A stretch of 61,677 nucleotides of DNA, filler included. It is 5 parts of 5 records of this genome, joined end to end, with 100 filler letters (N's around TTAATTAATTAA, not from the genome) between each part and the next. Parts side by side here need not be neighbours in the genome. Positions count along the whole stretch, not along the records: positions 1 to 17,384 come from SRR20825019_2616; positions 17,485 to 27,624 come from SRR20825019_2619; 3 more parts are not named here. One strand, written 5' to 3'. Position 1 is the first letter of the stretch; every line of letters starts with the position of its first letter. A model generated the notes under the pieces. The model had not been told where the DNA came from. It ran no database searches and saw only the letters and a program-made list of their open reading frames with translations. Below, piece by piece: positions 11,857 through 23,890 of this stretch. The position numbers were made by a program, and so were the translations under genes.

Positions 11857-13187
11857 CTTCTAGGGCCGTGTTGCGCCTACGGTCTTGTGGTATTGCCTCC
11901 GTGCGGCCCGGTGTTGACCCCGATCTGATCACCTCCGTTCGGGTCCAACGCCCTTGTCAAACTTCCGGCTGGCCTCTGCACCTTTCTCCATGTCCACAGA
12001 GCGGGCTCTTATAGTCAGACGGGTTCGGTCCGTGTTTCAGAAGTTTGGAAATTAACAAGCCCGCCCTCAAAGGCCAGAACCCGGCGCCCGGGCGACCACA
12101 CTGGAGTGGGTTGGTTGGGCCGGGCTGCAAACCAGGCAGGTCGCGGGGGGCCCCCGCCTCTCCCCCGGCCCACACGCCGCGCACGGGGCCGCCGGCGCGG
12201 CCGCGGCGGCCGGCCGGGCGGTGGGACTGGGGAGGCTCGGCCCGGCCTCCTCGATCGCGGCCGTCGCCCGCGGGGCAGCCCGGCCCGGCCGCGCGGCCAG
12301 GCCCGGGTCGGCCGCCATTGCAATCGGAATGGTCAGCCCACCCGGCCGGCAGCGGAGCAACCCGGTACGTTGGGGGGGCCGCCCGGGCACCGTTCACGGC
12401 ACTGGTTCAGAGAGCCTGAACGCGGTCATCGGCGGCCCAGGCCACCACGTGGGAACTGCGCTTGCCCGCTCATGCGGCCTGTGAGTCTGACGGCAGTGCC
12501 GACGATCGGAACACCAGCGGGGGACCAAGAAAGAAAGAGTAAGAGTCGGACTCAAAATATTTGGAGTCATGACTACATCGGACTGGAGACTCTGAGACCT
12601 GACCTAAGTGAGATTCAATCTCCCGCGAGCTCCCTGGGCGCCGCCGGCCCCGCCCCCGCGGCCCGTCGGGCCGCCCGAACGCCGCGCCCCGCCCGGGGCG
12701 CCTCAGGCCTGATCCGGCCGGCCGGGGCAGTTTGACAGTTTAGTGATGCCGCGGGGCATCTCAGTGCTCTGGGCCCGGGGACGCCGCAGCAGCTGGGTCG
12801 CGACGATGAGTCGTGACTGGGGAAAGTGTCACTCTCGCCCCGCAGGTCAGTCAGTCTCCCCTCCGTCCGGAGCCACTTCCGGAGCCACACTTGAGGCACT
12901 GCCGGCGGGTTGGCCGGCCAGGTGACTCCTACAGGCAGGAAGCACACGATGACGACGACTGGAGGTGTGCATGCTGGCCAGCAGACCCGGCCGACTCGTC
13001 ACGGGTGGGTGTGGGTGGCTGGGAGGGTGGCTGGGTGGCTGGATTCGCGGGCGCCTCGGCATCACTCTGGGCACCGTGCAGGTTGCTGTACCCCGGTGCC
13101 AATATTCCAGTACATCTATGTCCCCCGGCGTAGGACTTCCACGCTCAGCAGAAGTCTCTGGGGCTCCAGGAGGACCCACTGGCTGGC

Positions 13188-15780
13188 ATGAGCTCCGAGG
13201 AGAAGGAGGTGGAGAGCCAGGCGGCGGCGACAGGCGATGAGCATACTGAGGGGTGAGAGAGTACAAGTTCAGGGGAGGCGGCAGCCACTAACCCGTGTCC
13301 CGTGCAGAAATGGGGGAGGTGGGCCCAGCCCAGGCGAGGCGGGTCCTTCTAGTGAGGCGGGTCCTTCCAGTGAGGCGGGTCCTTCTGGTGAGGCGGGTCC
13401 TTCTGGTGAAGGGGCTTCGGACTTGCCGGCGCCGGAGGACAAGCCGGAGGGCAACGCTCCGGCCAACACGGGCGAGGGCGCACCAAATGCCGCCCTTCCA
13501 GACCCACAACCCATAGTCGGGGCGGCAGACTCCTATGGCGACGCGGTACACGAGCTGGAGAGGCCCTTGCCACAGCTTGCCAGCAGCGGAGGGGGTAGGG
13601 AGCCCGCGGCTGTGTCGCCGCCTGGCTCGCCAGACCCCTTCGACGTGGAGCTGCAGGTGGGGCCCGATGGCAAGAAGTGCCTCAGGACCACGGACATCAA
13701 GAAGCTGGTGCAGAAGCGGATCAAGCGGAACTCGTCAGGGGTGTTTGAGACATCCAAGTTGGAGCTCCCGGTGAAGCGCGAACACCGGAAGACGAGTGGC
13801 GGGCCGACGTTCAACCGGCAGGAGCTGGGCGAGCTGCACGTTCACATTATATCCGCAAGGCACATCACGGACAATCATAAGCACGAGGACGACTTTGCTG
13901 CGCCGTACGTCTTTGTACAGTACGAGAGCCAGCGCTTCGCCACACGGACCATGTATGGTGCGGTGCACGAGGCGGCATGGGACGAGGACATCACCTTCTC
14001 GATATACTCCATGTGCGAGCTGAAGATCAAGCTGCGGCACTCGACCGGGCGGACCATCGGCGAGATTGACATCGATGTTGCGGAGCTCATGATGAACACG
14101 GACGATGAGCGCTGGTGGGAAATCAGACACGTTGAGGATGACGTCGTGACGGGGGGTAAGTGCTCGAATGCGGTGCCTGAGGAGCAGTGTGCCGACCAGA
14201 TCGCTTTTGCAGAGATTCATGCCGTGGTGCGGCTGAGCGACCCGCGGTTTCGTGACGACCTCACTGGAGCCATGTGGATGGAGGAGCAGGGGAAGGAGGA
14301 CAGCGAGTACCTCGTCCCGCCCCCGGAGCTCGAGGCCGAGACCAAGACGGAAGATGAGTTTGAGGAGCCGCCCGCCTCGAAGACCAAATCGATCTCGCTA
14401 GGCAATAATGAGGGCGGGGGGCGGCGGCTCAGGAAGCGATCGAAGAGCATCGGCAACATTTGGAAGATCGGGCATGAGAAGAAGGTGCCCAAGCCTGAAT
14501 TCCTTGCAGAACTGGGTGAGGAGGAGCCCCATGAGTGGCGCTGGAACGAAAAGGAGGATGACAGCGAGACTGCGCCCGGGCTGGGCGGAGTGTCTGAGTC
14601 GGGCGATGCACGGCAATCGTATTCCGTCGGGGCGCCGGGGGACAACTGGAACGGCTCGGCGGAAGTTAGCCCGTATGCTGAGTCGCCGCGAGACGGATCT
14701 TCGCGGTCTGTCACCGAGATGGAGACGATGGAAGGGGGCGAGGGCGGCATGGACCTTGATCGGGTGAGGGAGATCAAGACATCCTCGGAGACGGGGCGGT
14801 CCCGCGGCAAGAGTAAGGACGGTGAGGACATGCGGCCGTGGGACTCGGAAATGAATGCGGACCCGGACCCCAAGAAGCCCCAGGGCCCAGGCGCCCGGCC
14901 TGAAAACAAAAAGAAAAAGCCTGGTACGGTGGTGTACCGGCCGCCCCTGAACTACTTCAACCGGTACGGGATCATGACGATGGTGGACCGGGTGACTGAA
15001 GGAGGCGTGGCCCCGCCGGAGGAGGATGATGAGAACGCGGAACTGGATAGTCAGGAGGAGGAAGGAGAGGACAAGCCGCTGGGGGGCGGCGAGGTGGATG
15101 AGTCGACTGCCATTGTTGTGTACAAGGGAGCCGGGGAGGAGGGCCCCGCGGAGGATGCAGAAGTCAGGGACGAGGCTCACGGCTACGCGCTCCACGAGGC
15201 ATTCCGGTGTGAGATCAGGAGGACGGTGGTTAAGACCCTCCTTCCGCCCATTAGCAAGCTGCTCAACGTCACCGGAGAGGGAAGAAAGGACATGAAGAAC
15301 GCCCCGGCGAGGACGGCGCGGCGTGGGGGGGCTGATGGCAGGAGGCGGAAGGATGTCCAGCCCCCGCCGGAGGAGTGGTCGGGCCCGGACCCCAACGCTG
15401 ACGTCGCCAAGTACACAGCGCTGTACAACCCGCCCAAGCCCATGAAGCCGGCCCCGCCGCCGCCCAGGGACAAGCCCAAGCACCTCACCTCGAAGCAGCG
15501 CAAGAGGCGGCTGAGAATGGCCGTGGAGCGGAGCGTGGAGCGGGAGCTGATGCAGCAGAGCCACTTTGTCCGTCAGGACAAGGACATCCTCGGCCTGGGC
15601 CCACAGCCGGGCTACATGCGCCACGCGGAGCTCTATCGCGAGATCCAGCAGCCGCACGTGCCGGCGTATCCGTTCCGCAAGGTGACGTACAAGATGAAAC
15701 ACAACGTCCCGGATGAGCACACGGCGGAGAACAGGGCCGCCTCCCAGAAGATCATCAGCCGCCTCGTTAGCCAACACTGA
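13188..15780 (+). CDS. C2-domain protein with long acidic/low-complexity regions; introns 13253-13307 and probably 14156-14212
   Basis: ATG 13188 (MSSEEKEVESQ) splices via GTGAGA...CTAAC...CAG into the 847-aa ORF. C2-like segment GELHVHIISARHI...PYVFVQYESQRFATRT...WDEDITF...IGEIDI...GEIHAVVRL. Canonical Ca-binding Asp residues appear mostly absent. Confidence 0.75.
13336..13407 (+). repeat. 18-bp coding tandem repeat x4 (EAGPSS/EAGPSG)
   Basis: GAGGCGGGTCCTTC(T/C)(A/G)GT repeated four times in frame. Confidence 0.9.
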
Positions 15781-15873
15781 TCAGCCGTCTTGGTACTGGC
15801 GAACAGTGATCCCCGAACGGAACCTTGGAGCTACCGCCCGGTCGGCTCTGCTGGCCCTCATTCAACCAATTGG

Positions 15874-17146
15874 TCAGCATATGTCCAGGCTACTCCGACC
15901 CGTAGTGAATGCCGGCTTTACTGCGCAAAGCGCCACCGATGTAGTAAAATAGTAGACAGCAATCCAACGACTGAAGTGTCCCCCGCCCCGCCATCACCCC
16001 TTACCCGAGGAGACGCTGGCAATGATGGATTTCTCCAGGCTGAAGTCGTAGTTGAACTCGTGGAGGGGCTGTGGGTCCTGGTAAGCCAGCGGGAGGGTCG
16101 TGGCGCTGTCCTGCGGCACAAACTTCTCGTTGACCCTCACCACAACCGACCTCATGACCGCGTCCAGTGGGTTCGCTCCAACCTCCAGGGAGGCCCTCTT
16201 GTTCTTGGCAGCATCGGGCGAGCCGCCGGCCCCACCAGCGCCCAGCTTGAGGTAGTTCTTCCACTGGTCTGCGGCGGACTGCACGGGGTTATTCGGGCAG
16301 GGGGGTCTGAGGACAAGACTACATACGTGTGTGGACATGAGCCGGCGAAAGTCGTCGGCCAGACTGCTGGACGACAGAGTGAGGGACTGGATGAACTCCG
16401 GCTTGCGCATCACCATCGCTTTGTAGTCATTGAAGGTGATCCGGTTGTTCCGCGATAGATCGGCCTGCGTTGTGTCAGGACGGATCAACGCTCCCCATAA
16501 CCCAGGGGCACACCCACCTGCGCGAATATTTGATCCACCAGTTCCTTCAGCTGCTCATCGGTCGCCTCCTGCTCCAGTGTAGACACCAGGATTCGCCCCA
16601 GCTCCTCCCGTGATACAGACCCGGAACCATCGAGGTCATAAAACTTGAAAGAGGCTAGTGATGGTTGTATATGAACACGAGTATTACGCATTAAAAGGGT
16701 GGGGGGGGGTGCTTAGTTAGTCTCTTGATCAAACCAGGGCAACAACACGGGAGAGGTACCATTAAGCTTGTCATCGATGTTGGCATTTTCGGAGAAAACA
16801 GAGAGGGACACACAAAACTCGCGGAAGTCAATGTAGTTGTTGCCTTGGAGGTCCAGGACCTTAAAGACCTGGTTCACAAACGGAGACGACCGACCGCCAC
16901 CTAAGGCTCTGCTGAGGTCCTGCGGCGCGAACAAGGACCGGTGTCAGTTTGGGTCAGACCCACTCCAGCCAACCAAGCCACGCCCACCTCCTTGCGAATG
17001 ACCTTGTTGTCCGAGCTGTACTGGCGGAACATATTGTGCAGCGTCTGCACCTCGGCTAGTGAGAAGGGGGTGTTCTGTGCAATTTTCTCGCACTCGGCGC
17101 GGCGAGCATTCTTCTTATCAGAACCCTTACCGGCCACCTGGCCCAT
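15874..17146 (-). CDS. Calcineurin-B-like/NCS-type EF-hand Ca2+ sensor with N-terminal Gly2 (possible myristoylation) and C-terminal UMA-like domain
   Basis: Introns 16920-16987, 16655-16759, 16465-16517, 16279-16326 give MGQVAG...TPFSLAEVQTLHNMF...VFKVLDLQGNNYIDFREF...DDKLNASFKFYDLDGSGSVSREEL...ADLSRNNRITFNDY...YDFSLEKS. Stop at 15994, or at 15874 if intron 15921-16004 is spliced. Confidence 0.85.
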
Positions 17147-17384
17147 GACTGCCGGCTCACAACAGCCAACTCGGTAACCACACTAACGTTTATACACTGT
17201 TACGGACAACAACATGGTCACAGCACCCCATGGGACCCCATGACTATGGCCCCGCCGCATCTCGGTTAGCTGTTTAGACGGGCCGCGCCCCGCCAGGCCG
17301 ACGGGGGTCAGACCAACCACCATCCGTGGCCGCAGTGCCCGACCAGGTGACTATCAGTGCTGCCGGGCGGGGGGGGGGGGGGGG

Positions 17385-17484
17385 NNNNNNNNNNNNNNNN
17401 NNNNNNNNNNNNNNNNNNNNNNNNNNNNTTAATTAATTAANNNNNNNNNNNNNNNNNNNNNNNNNNNNNNNNNNNNNNNNNNNN
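17385..17484. other. Artificial contig spacer
   Basis: 44 N + TTAATTAATTAA (stops in all six frames) + 44 N. Confidence 0.98.
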
Positions 17485-18630
17485 GGGGGGGGGGGGGGGG
17501 GGGGGGGGCGCTGGACCATCACGGCGCGGGCTGGCTGGCCAAGCCAGTGATCCGGGATGGCAGCGCCGCGGCCCGGCCGGGCGGCCGGGCGCCGGAGTCC
17601 CGCCCGGCGGGCTGAGGGGGCGGAGTGACTCGGTGCCGGCGTGTCAGCCCGGCCCCGCCGGCGCCCACCGGGACGCGGCCGGGCCCGGCCAGGGGGGATC
17701 ATGTACCAGTCGTACCGGTATATCGAGATTTCCGGCTACTCCACCTGCCCCTAGCCCCTTGGCCTACTTCCCCGGGGCGTGCCGCCGGCACGGTCGGGTG
17801 TTCACGGCCCGCAGGCTGAGCCCACTCCTCCCGGCAGCCGGGCTCAGCAGTGCAGTGGCGGGTACGGCCCGACTCTGCTGGCAAGCCGGCGATCGAGCCC
17901 CCTCCCGGCGTCCGGTGAAGCATGGCCAAACCATAGTACCGGCCACGGACTGGTCGTGGGGGTAGCCAACGCCCCCGTCATTACGCCGCGTCGTACGGCA
18001 GGATGATGGTGTGAGCGGACGGCGCGTGTGTGGGACCCGCCCCACCCTTGAGCCGTGACGGTCACCGGGAAAACAACGCCGCTCAGTGTGGGTGGCCAGT
18101 CAGGGGTACCGCGCTGGTACCGGACTCTCCCGCAGCTGATGGCTGGCGTAGTCGAGGTCCCTTCAGGGCGCGCGGGGTGCTCCTGTACGGAAGGCGGTTG
18201 CCTGCCGCCCCGACCCGGCGACGCCGGGTTCAAGTTCCCGGCGAACTGACCCTGGCCAGGGCGGGGTCTGGGTTCATTCCAGTCAAGTCTTTCTTCTTCT
18301 GCTTCTTTTTAGCTTCGTTTGGTTAGGGCGACGTCAACCCAAAGGCCAGTGTGCCGACACTTGGTGGAACGTCAAGTCCACCACGGTGAGACTGTGTAGC
18401 AAACCATAAGCCGGAGCCTCACTAAGACTTCGGGGGGAGTCAATATATATGCCCCCCCCAACAGTATAACACATGACTGCCTTCCCAGTGGAGCACCCCC
18501 AAGGTAGCTAGTTGGACTGCGGAGTCCCAAGCGCCTTGCGCCAAGGATTTGAAGTTCCTTTGCGTGACGTCTGATCCTCCGTTGTTCTTGTTGGAGGGTT
18601 TTCTCAGTCTCCTGGTAAGAGTGAGAGCAT

Positions 18631-21600
18631 ATGTCCTCATTCCTCGTCATGTCCAAGCGTCGAGATTTGGAGGGACACCGCCTCCCGTCTCATGGCCGCT
18701 GGAAGGACACCTGGGGGGTGGCGCTCTTGGCTGTGTTGGTGCTGGCAGGTGTGAGCCCCAGCTTTGCTGTCAAGTCTTGCGGAACAGAGCCATGGATAAT
18801 ACCCACAGAAACAACAGGGCACTACGAGATAGACAACCCTCAGCTGAGGTGAGTGGAAGGCGTGGGTTTGCCGCCTGCATTTTGACGTGGTTTCCAGGAC
18901 GCCGCCGTCATTACATAGATGGTTTGGTCTTCATGTCACGGCGAAGAATGGCTTCATGATCGTATACGAGGGAGACGATATCCGAAGTGGCGGCAGTAAC
19001 TATGCCTTTAACTGGAAGAAGTTGCATATGTACCGTTTGGTTTCCAACGTGTGGGCGCATTCACAGACTTGGGCCGAAAGACCCATGGCCAGCAAGTTTG
19101 GCGACCGAGCGCAGCTGAGTGAGAGTGCGGCGTGGATGGCTGCCCAGGACATTGGGACATATACCAGCGACAGCCCTCCCAATTCTTGTGGCACCGATTG
19201 TGACGGTACCCTTGAGCTGTACAAGCGGACCGGGGATCTTTTTAATACAACTGCCAACCAAATATTGACGCACCCATTGGGGTATACCAGCAGGGCGTTT
19301 GGGAGCCGCTACGCCTTCCTGGGTGACACGGAGCTCTTTGTCGGCGCCAGACTGGTGGGCTCCGGAGGTGATGACTCCCTTTTCTACTTCAAGCTTGTGG
19401 GCGACACGTGGACATACCAGCATGAGATTCAAACACCCTGCGGTGGCGGCGGCATGACGGAACCACTGGTAGTGGCAACATATAATCACCCAACCGACGA
19501 TGACCAGGATATGGTGACTCTTACGCATATTGCCTGCGGAGGGAGTTTACGGGGTGGCATCAGTGTGATGTTTAGAAACCAGGGCGGGGCCAACCAGTTC
19601 GGTGTGCGGCAGGTGATCGAGAGTATTTTTGACTGGGGTCGGTTCGGCAAGGCTTTGAACATAGGATTGGACTCATCAAATAATCTGTTGCTGGCCGCCG
19701 CTGATTATTTGGACGGTGGCGCCGGCATCAGCCAGGCTGGAGCTGCGAGGCTCTTTCGGTTTGATAATGCACAGTTTCTTGCCAGTAATGATCCCTTCCC
19801 AACGTACGCGACCGCGTTGACAAGGAGGTCTGCATATCAGGAAGTGGGCGAATGGATGGGGAAACCTGAGTCTTCAATCGGTATTGGACCTGACATTGTG
19901 GCCTATGGCTCCCAAGCGCTTTCACACACCATTAGCGAAGGGGGTTCAGTCGTGATTTTCTGTAAGGTAAGATTTTCATGTCTCCACCTGGCAATAGACT
20001 CATCATTGCTTACATCAGGACCAAGGCGGTATAGATAACTGGGGTTATGCGGGCCATTTGATGGCAAACAATAATGTCGACGACGGAGTTCGTCGGAGTG
20101 TGGGAAGCTCGGTGACGTATCATGAACCCACGCATGAAATCATTGCGGGCGCACACCTCAAGGATCCTGACCAACAAGGTGCTGTGGCTATTTTCAAGAG
20201 CCATTCCCAGCCATTCGGTGCTACGGGCCCGTGGACATGCATTCTCTGCGACAAGGGTGAATACATCTACATAGAGACGTCTCCATCAACCCATGTGGCG
20301 TGTGCTACGTGCACGGAGGGCTATCAGGACACTTACAACCGGAGCCCCTCATGCAAGCTAGACTGTCCTCCGGGAAGTGCGATATCCTCTGATAAGAAGT
20401 CATGTGATGTGTGTCCGGCGGGGACGTACTCGACCGGCTCCACACAAGTCGGATGCACTGCCTGCCCTTCAGGTACCTATAATAATCAAGTGGGACAGTC
20501 GGAGTGCACTCCATGTGCAGCAGGATATGCTCAACCGGGCACTGGCTCTCTCGATTGCTCAGAGTGCCCCCCGGGTCTTTACGCTCCTGAGGGATCTTCG
20601 TCTTGCCTGAGTTGTGGTTATGACACGTACAATGATGAGCGGGCTGCTGGTGCTTGCAAGGCATGTCCCCTTGGTGGAGTAACCATGGCGGCGGCGCAAA
20701 CATCCATCGAGGGTTGCTTGTGTGCTGCAGAATGGGCTGGGGATCCCCCGAACGGCTTGGAATGTGTCGCATGCGAACTGGAGAAGGTGCAATGCCCATT
20801 TCCTACTGTGATTATGACCGCTAAAGCGGGCTACTACACGTCGGCATCCCGGCCCAATGTAGTCACTGAATGTGTGCCGACGACTGCATGCCTTGGAGGG
20901 AGCCATGAGGCCTGCGCAGAGGGATACGAAGGGACCTCGTGCAGCTCGTGCGCCGATGGATACTTTCGCTCTTTGAATGGCTGTGAGAAGTGCCCCGCTA
21001 ACTCATTGTTGCTGACTGGGTTGAAGTTTCTGGGGATTTTTGCCGGGGTAATGTTGCTTATGACAATCGTCATCATATTGGCAGGATTCTGCCAGATGCT
21101 TCAGAAGAAAGTTGGATTCGATTTCCGTTCGTACATGCGCAGGATCATGGCTGCTGTTGGCATTGTTGGTACGCTGATGACCTACATGCAAACCATAGGC
21201 ACTGTCATGTCCCTGAATATTGACTTACCAGATATATACTCAAAGTTCATGACGTATGTGAGCATCTTTAACCTTGATATCTCTCTTGTTGCTCAGCCGG
21301 AATGTGATGCCTTCAATAGCTTCCTAGTCAAGTACATCATCAAACTTATTGGTGTGCTGGTCTTTATTATTGTATTCTCCATGGCTCGTGCTCTGAGTGC
21401 TATCTTCCCTATTCTTGGAAAGTTTATGAAGCGCGCGTGGATGCTACGCAGAGATCCCGAGTCGCCGAACATCCCCAATCCGGTGACAATGCATGATATT
21501 TTGCTTGAAATGGGTGTGAATTTCTTTCGAGGTAAGACGGCAGGTGTATTTCATCTCTGTAGCCCTGGCTTAAGACGAGATTTTTGCAGCTATCTTGGCA

Positions 21601-23130
21601 ACTATGAAAGTGGCCTATCTCCCAGTGCATACAATGGTCTTGGAGCCCTTACGGTGTGTGCCCACAACATCCGAAAGCAGTGGACAGTCGGAATACGTGA
21701 TGGTGGTTGAACCCAGCCTGGTGTGTTATGGAAGCGACTCCAATTGGACTAGCCTGATTCCGCCCTGTGTGATCTTTTTCTTAATATTTTCTTGCGGCGG
21801 GCAACTGGTCATCAACCTTGTTAACGTCAGTTTCCACCGCAACACTTATCGAGAGCACGACGTCGGCACCTTGTTCAATGTCTTGTGGATACCGTACGAG
21901 GAGAAGTTCTACTTTTGGGAAAGTGTCGTGGTGCTGCGAAAGTTCGTGTTTGGTCTTGTGACTGTGACATCTTTGTCGGCCTTTGACCAGCTCTCGTTGT
22001 TTTTGGTTGTCATTGTTGTCTTTGCTAGCTTCACTGTGATGGCGCGCCCATACAAAGAGCTCTTTGATGATCTGGCGGAGGGAAGCACTTTAATTACTCT
22101 AATTCTTCTCCTCGCCCAGGTTGCGATGATTCAAACCGAATCTCAGAGCAGTACGAGCCAGATAATGATGGGAGGTGTGGTAGCTTCGGCGAACGTGATC
22201 ATGATGTGTATTCTGCTTGGAATTCTGATAGTCTTGGTTTGGCCTCGCGAAGTTGTTGTTGCTGTGAAATCTGTTAAAACGATTATGGGAGATGATCAGG
22301 ATGTCAGAGCAGCTAGCAATCCCTATTCTGACGAGGATCATAAGCACAAGTTGGATATTCTGCAATCTACCAAGGATCAGAGGCTGGCTTTGATCCGCGA
22401 CGAAATGTATAGCGGCAACATCAGGGATATTATCACGGGCTTGGAAAGCGCTGGGGTTGAGGTTGAGACTGAAATTACAGAACGGAGTGCAGGCAAGGCA
22501 GACCATGCGTTTCTTCAACAGTATCGAAACTACGTCCTGGGGGAGATTGAAAAGCACGAGGCCAGTTTGGATCGGGATATTGAGAAAACCCAGGAAATGC
22601 TTCTCCAAGTAACTTCGGTGCTGAAGGACCCGCTTCTTGGCCGGGATCCCATGGAATTGCCTCCCTCACTAGATGAGCCATCTCCAGAAGAATCCCCATT
22701 CCAGAATGATCCAATAGTGGAGGAAGGCAAGGTGAAGGATAGCCCTCGCATCTTAATGGATAGCCCGCGGTCACATCAAGACAGTCCCAGGGAACATGCC
22801 GACCAGGGCGAAGATGTAGGTGGTACCAACAATGACAGCCCCAAGTCCACTCCGCGGGAGACGCCTCGCAGTGTCGGCAAGGCAGACGAAGAATCTCCTC
22901 CGGACAGGCCATTCAAGCCGAGGAAAGTCAAATATGACCCGAATGACCCTGAGCTGGGTGACTTTGAGCCCCCAAAGACCATCAAGTTTCAGAACAATTC
23001 CGGTCGCGAAGGGAATGACCGAACAAAAGGAGGTGCCTCGGGCATTCAAACGAAGTATGGGAATAGGAAGACTATGGGCGCACAGATCATACAAGGCCAT
23101 CTTGCAAAGATGAAAAACAATGCTAAGTAG
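18631..23130 (+). CDS. Signal-peptide-bearing receptor-like membrane protein: FG-GAP/beta-propeller-like ectodomain, GCC2/GCC3 (ephrin-receptor-like) Cys-rich repeats, multi-pass TM domain, acidic cytosolic tail; 3 introns (~18849-18897, ~19967-20018, ~21532-21589)
   Basis: Hydrophobic leader VALLAVLVLAGVSPSFA; CxxCPxGxY repeats (CDVCPAGTYS, CTACPSGTYN, CSECPPGLYA); TM region with YEEKFYFWESVVVLRK and RPY motifs typical of this protist family. GT-AG introns join four ORFs. Confidence 0.8.
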
Positions 23131-23890
23131 CTCCCACAGAAGAGTGTTGAATCTCGCCTTCGTGCCATCTTCGTGGCTCGGTGGGGGATGTCAATGGATG
23201 CGCTCGCAGCTCGCCGAAACATCACAAGGATGAAGATTTGTTTTGAAAGGAAGGTGCCTTGTACAACGCGGAAGACTAGACCAATACCACCAGAGAGCAT
23301 TTGAAGTGGACATGCTGTCGATAGATAGGGTTAGTGGACCCATTACCGGACCACAGGTCTCTAGAGCAACTGAATGCCATTTGCCCGTCCTCTTATCGCT
23401 AGCCGACATCGCGCAGCCGTGGCAGGCGAGCTCTAGTCGCCCAATCCTCTGGAACACGCGTGGGTTAGGGAGCATTGCAATGGTGCTACTGTTTATAAAG
23501 GAAATTAGTGGTAACCCCGTACGCAAGGCTGTGTCAATTTGGATTTCGCGAGGGGATTCTGCGGCGAGCTAGGGCCGATATACGTGATAAGAATGCACGG
23601 CGATCCCTCGGTCTTGGATCGGATTCTCAACGCCATCACCCCTCGGCTTGCCGATCTTATAGCTATGGTCAGCACGTGGCCTCATTAGGCGGCCTGACCG
23701 GTCATGCACGACGGAGCCCCCGGAGCTTCACCCTTGCACTGGGTGTACGCCCGCCCACGTTGTAAGTACAGTGCTGGCGACGACACGGCAACCCGGCGGT
23801 GGTCATCGTTTAATTTGGGCTCGTCCCCCCGACATGCGAATCTGACGCAACCTGGCTTTGGGATGAAACCTCACTCAAGGCAATCTATCA

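Noticed and set aside
1749-17146. A functional Ca2+/ubiquitin gene cluster (IQ, USP40, C2, CBL-UMA)
   Set aside because: These domain classes are abundant in protists, the C2 domain looks Ca2+-independent, and there is no evidence of co-regulation or conserved synteny.
17429-17440. TTAATTAATTAA palindrome as a biological repeat or transposon target site
   Set aside because: It is a six-frame-stop linker centred in N runs and repeated identically four times.
23174-23880. Short ORFs between the receptor-like gene and the glycosyltransferase
   Set aside because: No recognisable motifs or convincing splice links; probably 3'UTR or intergenic.
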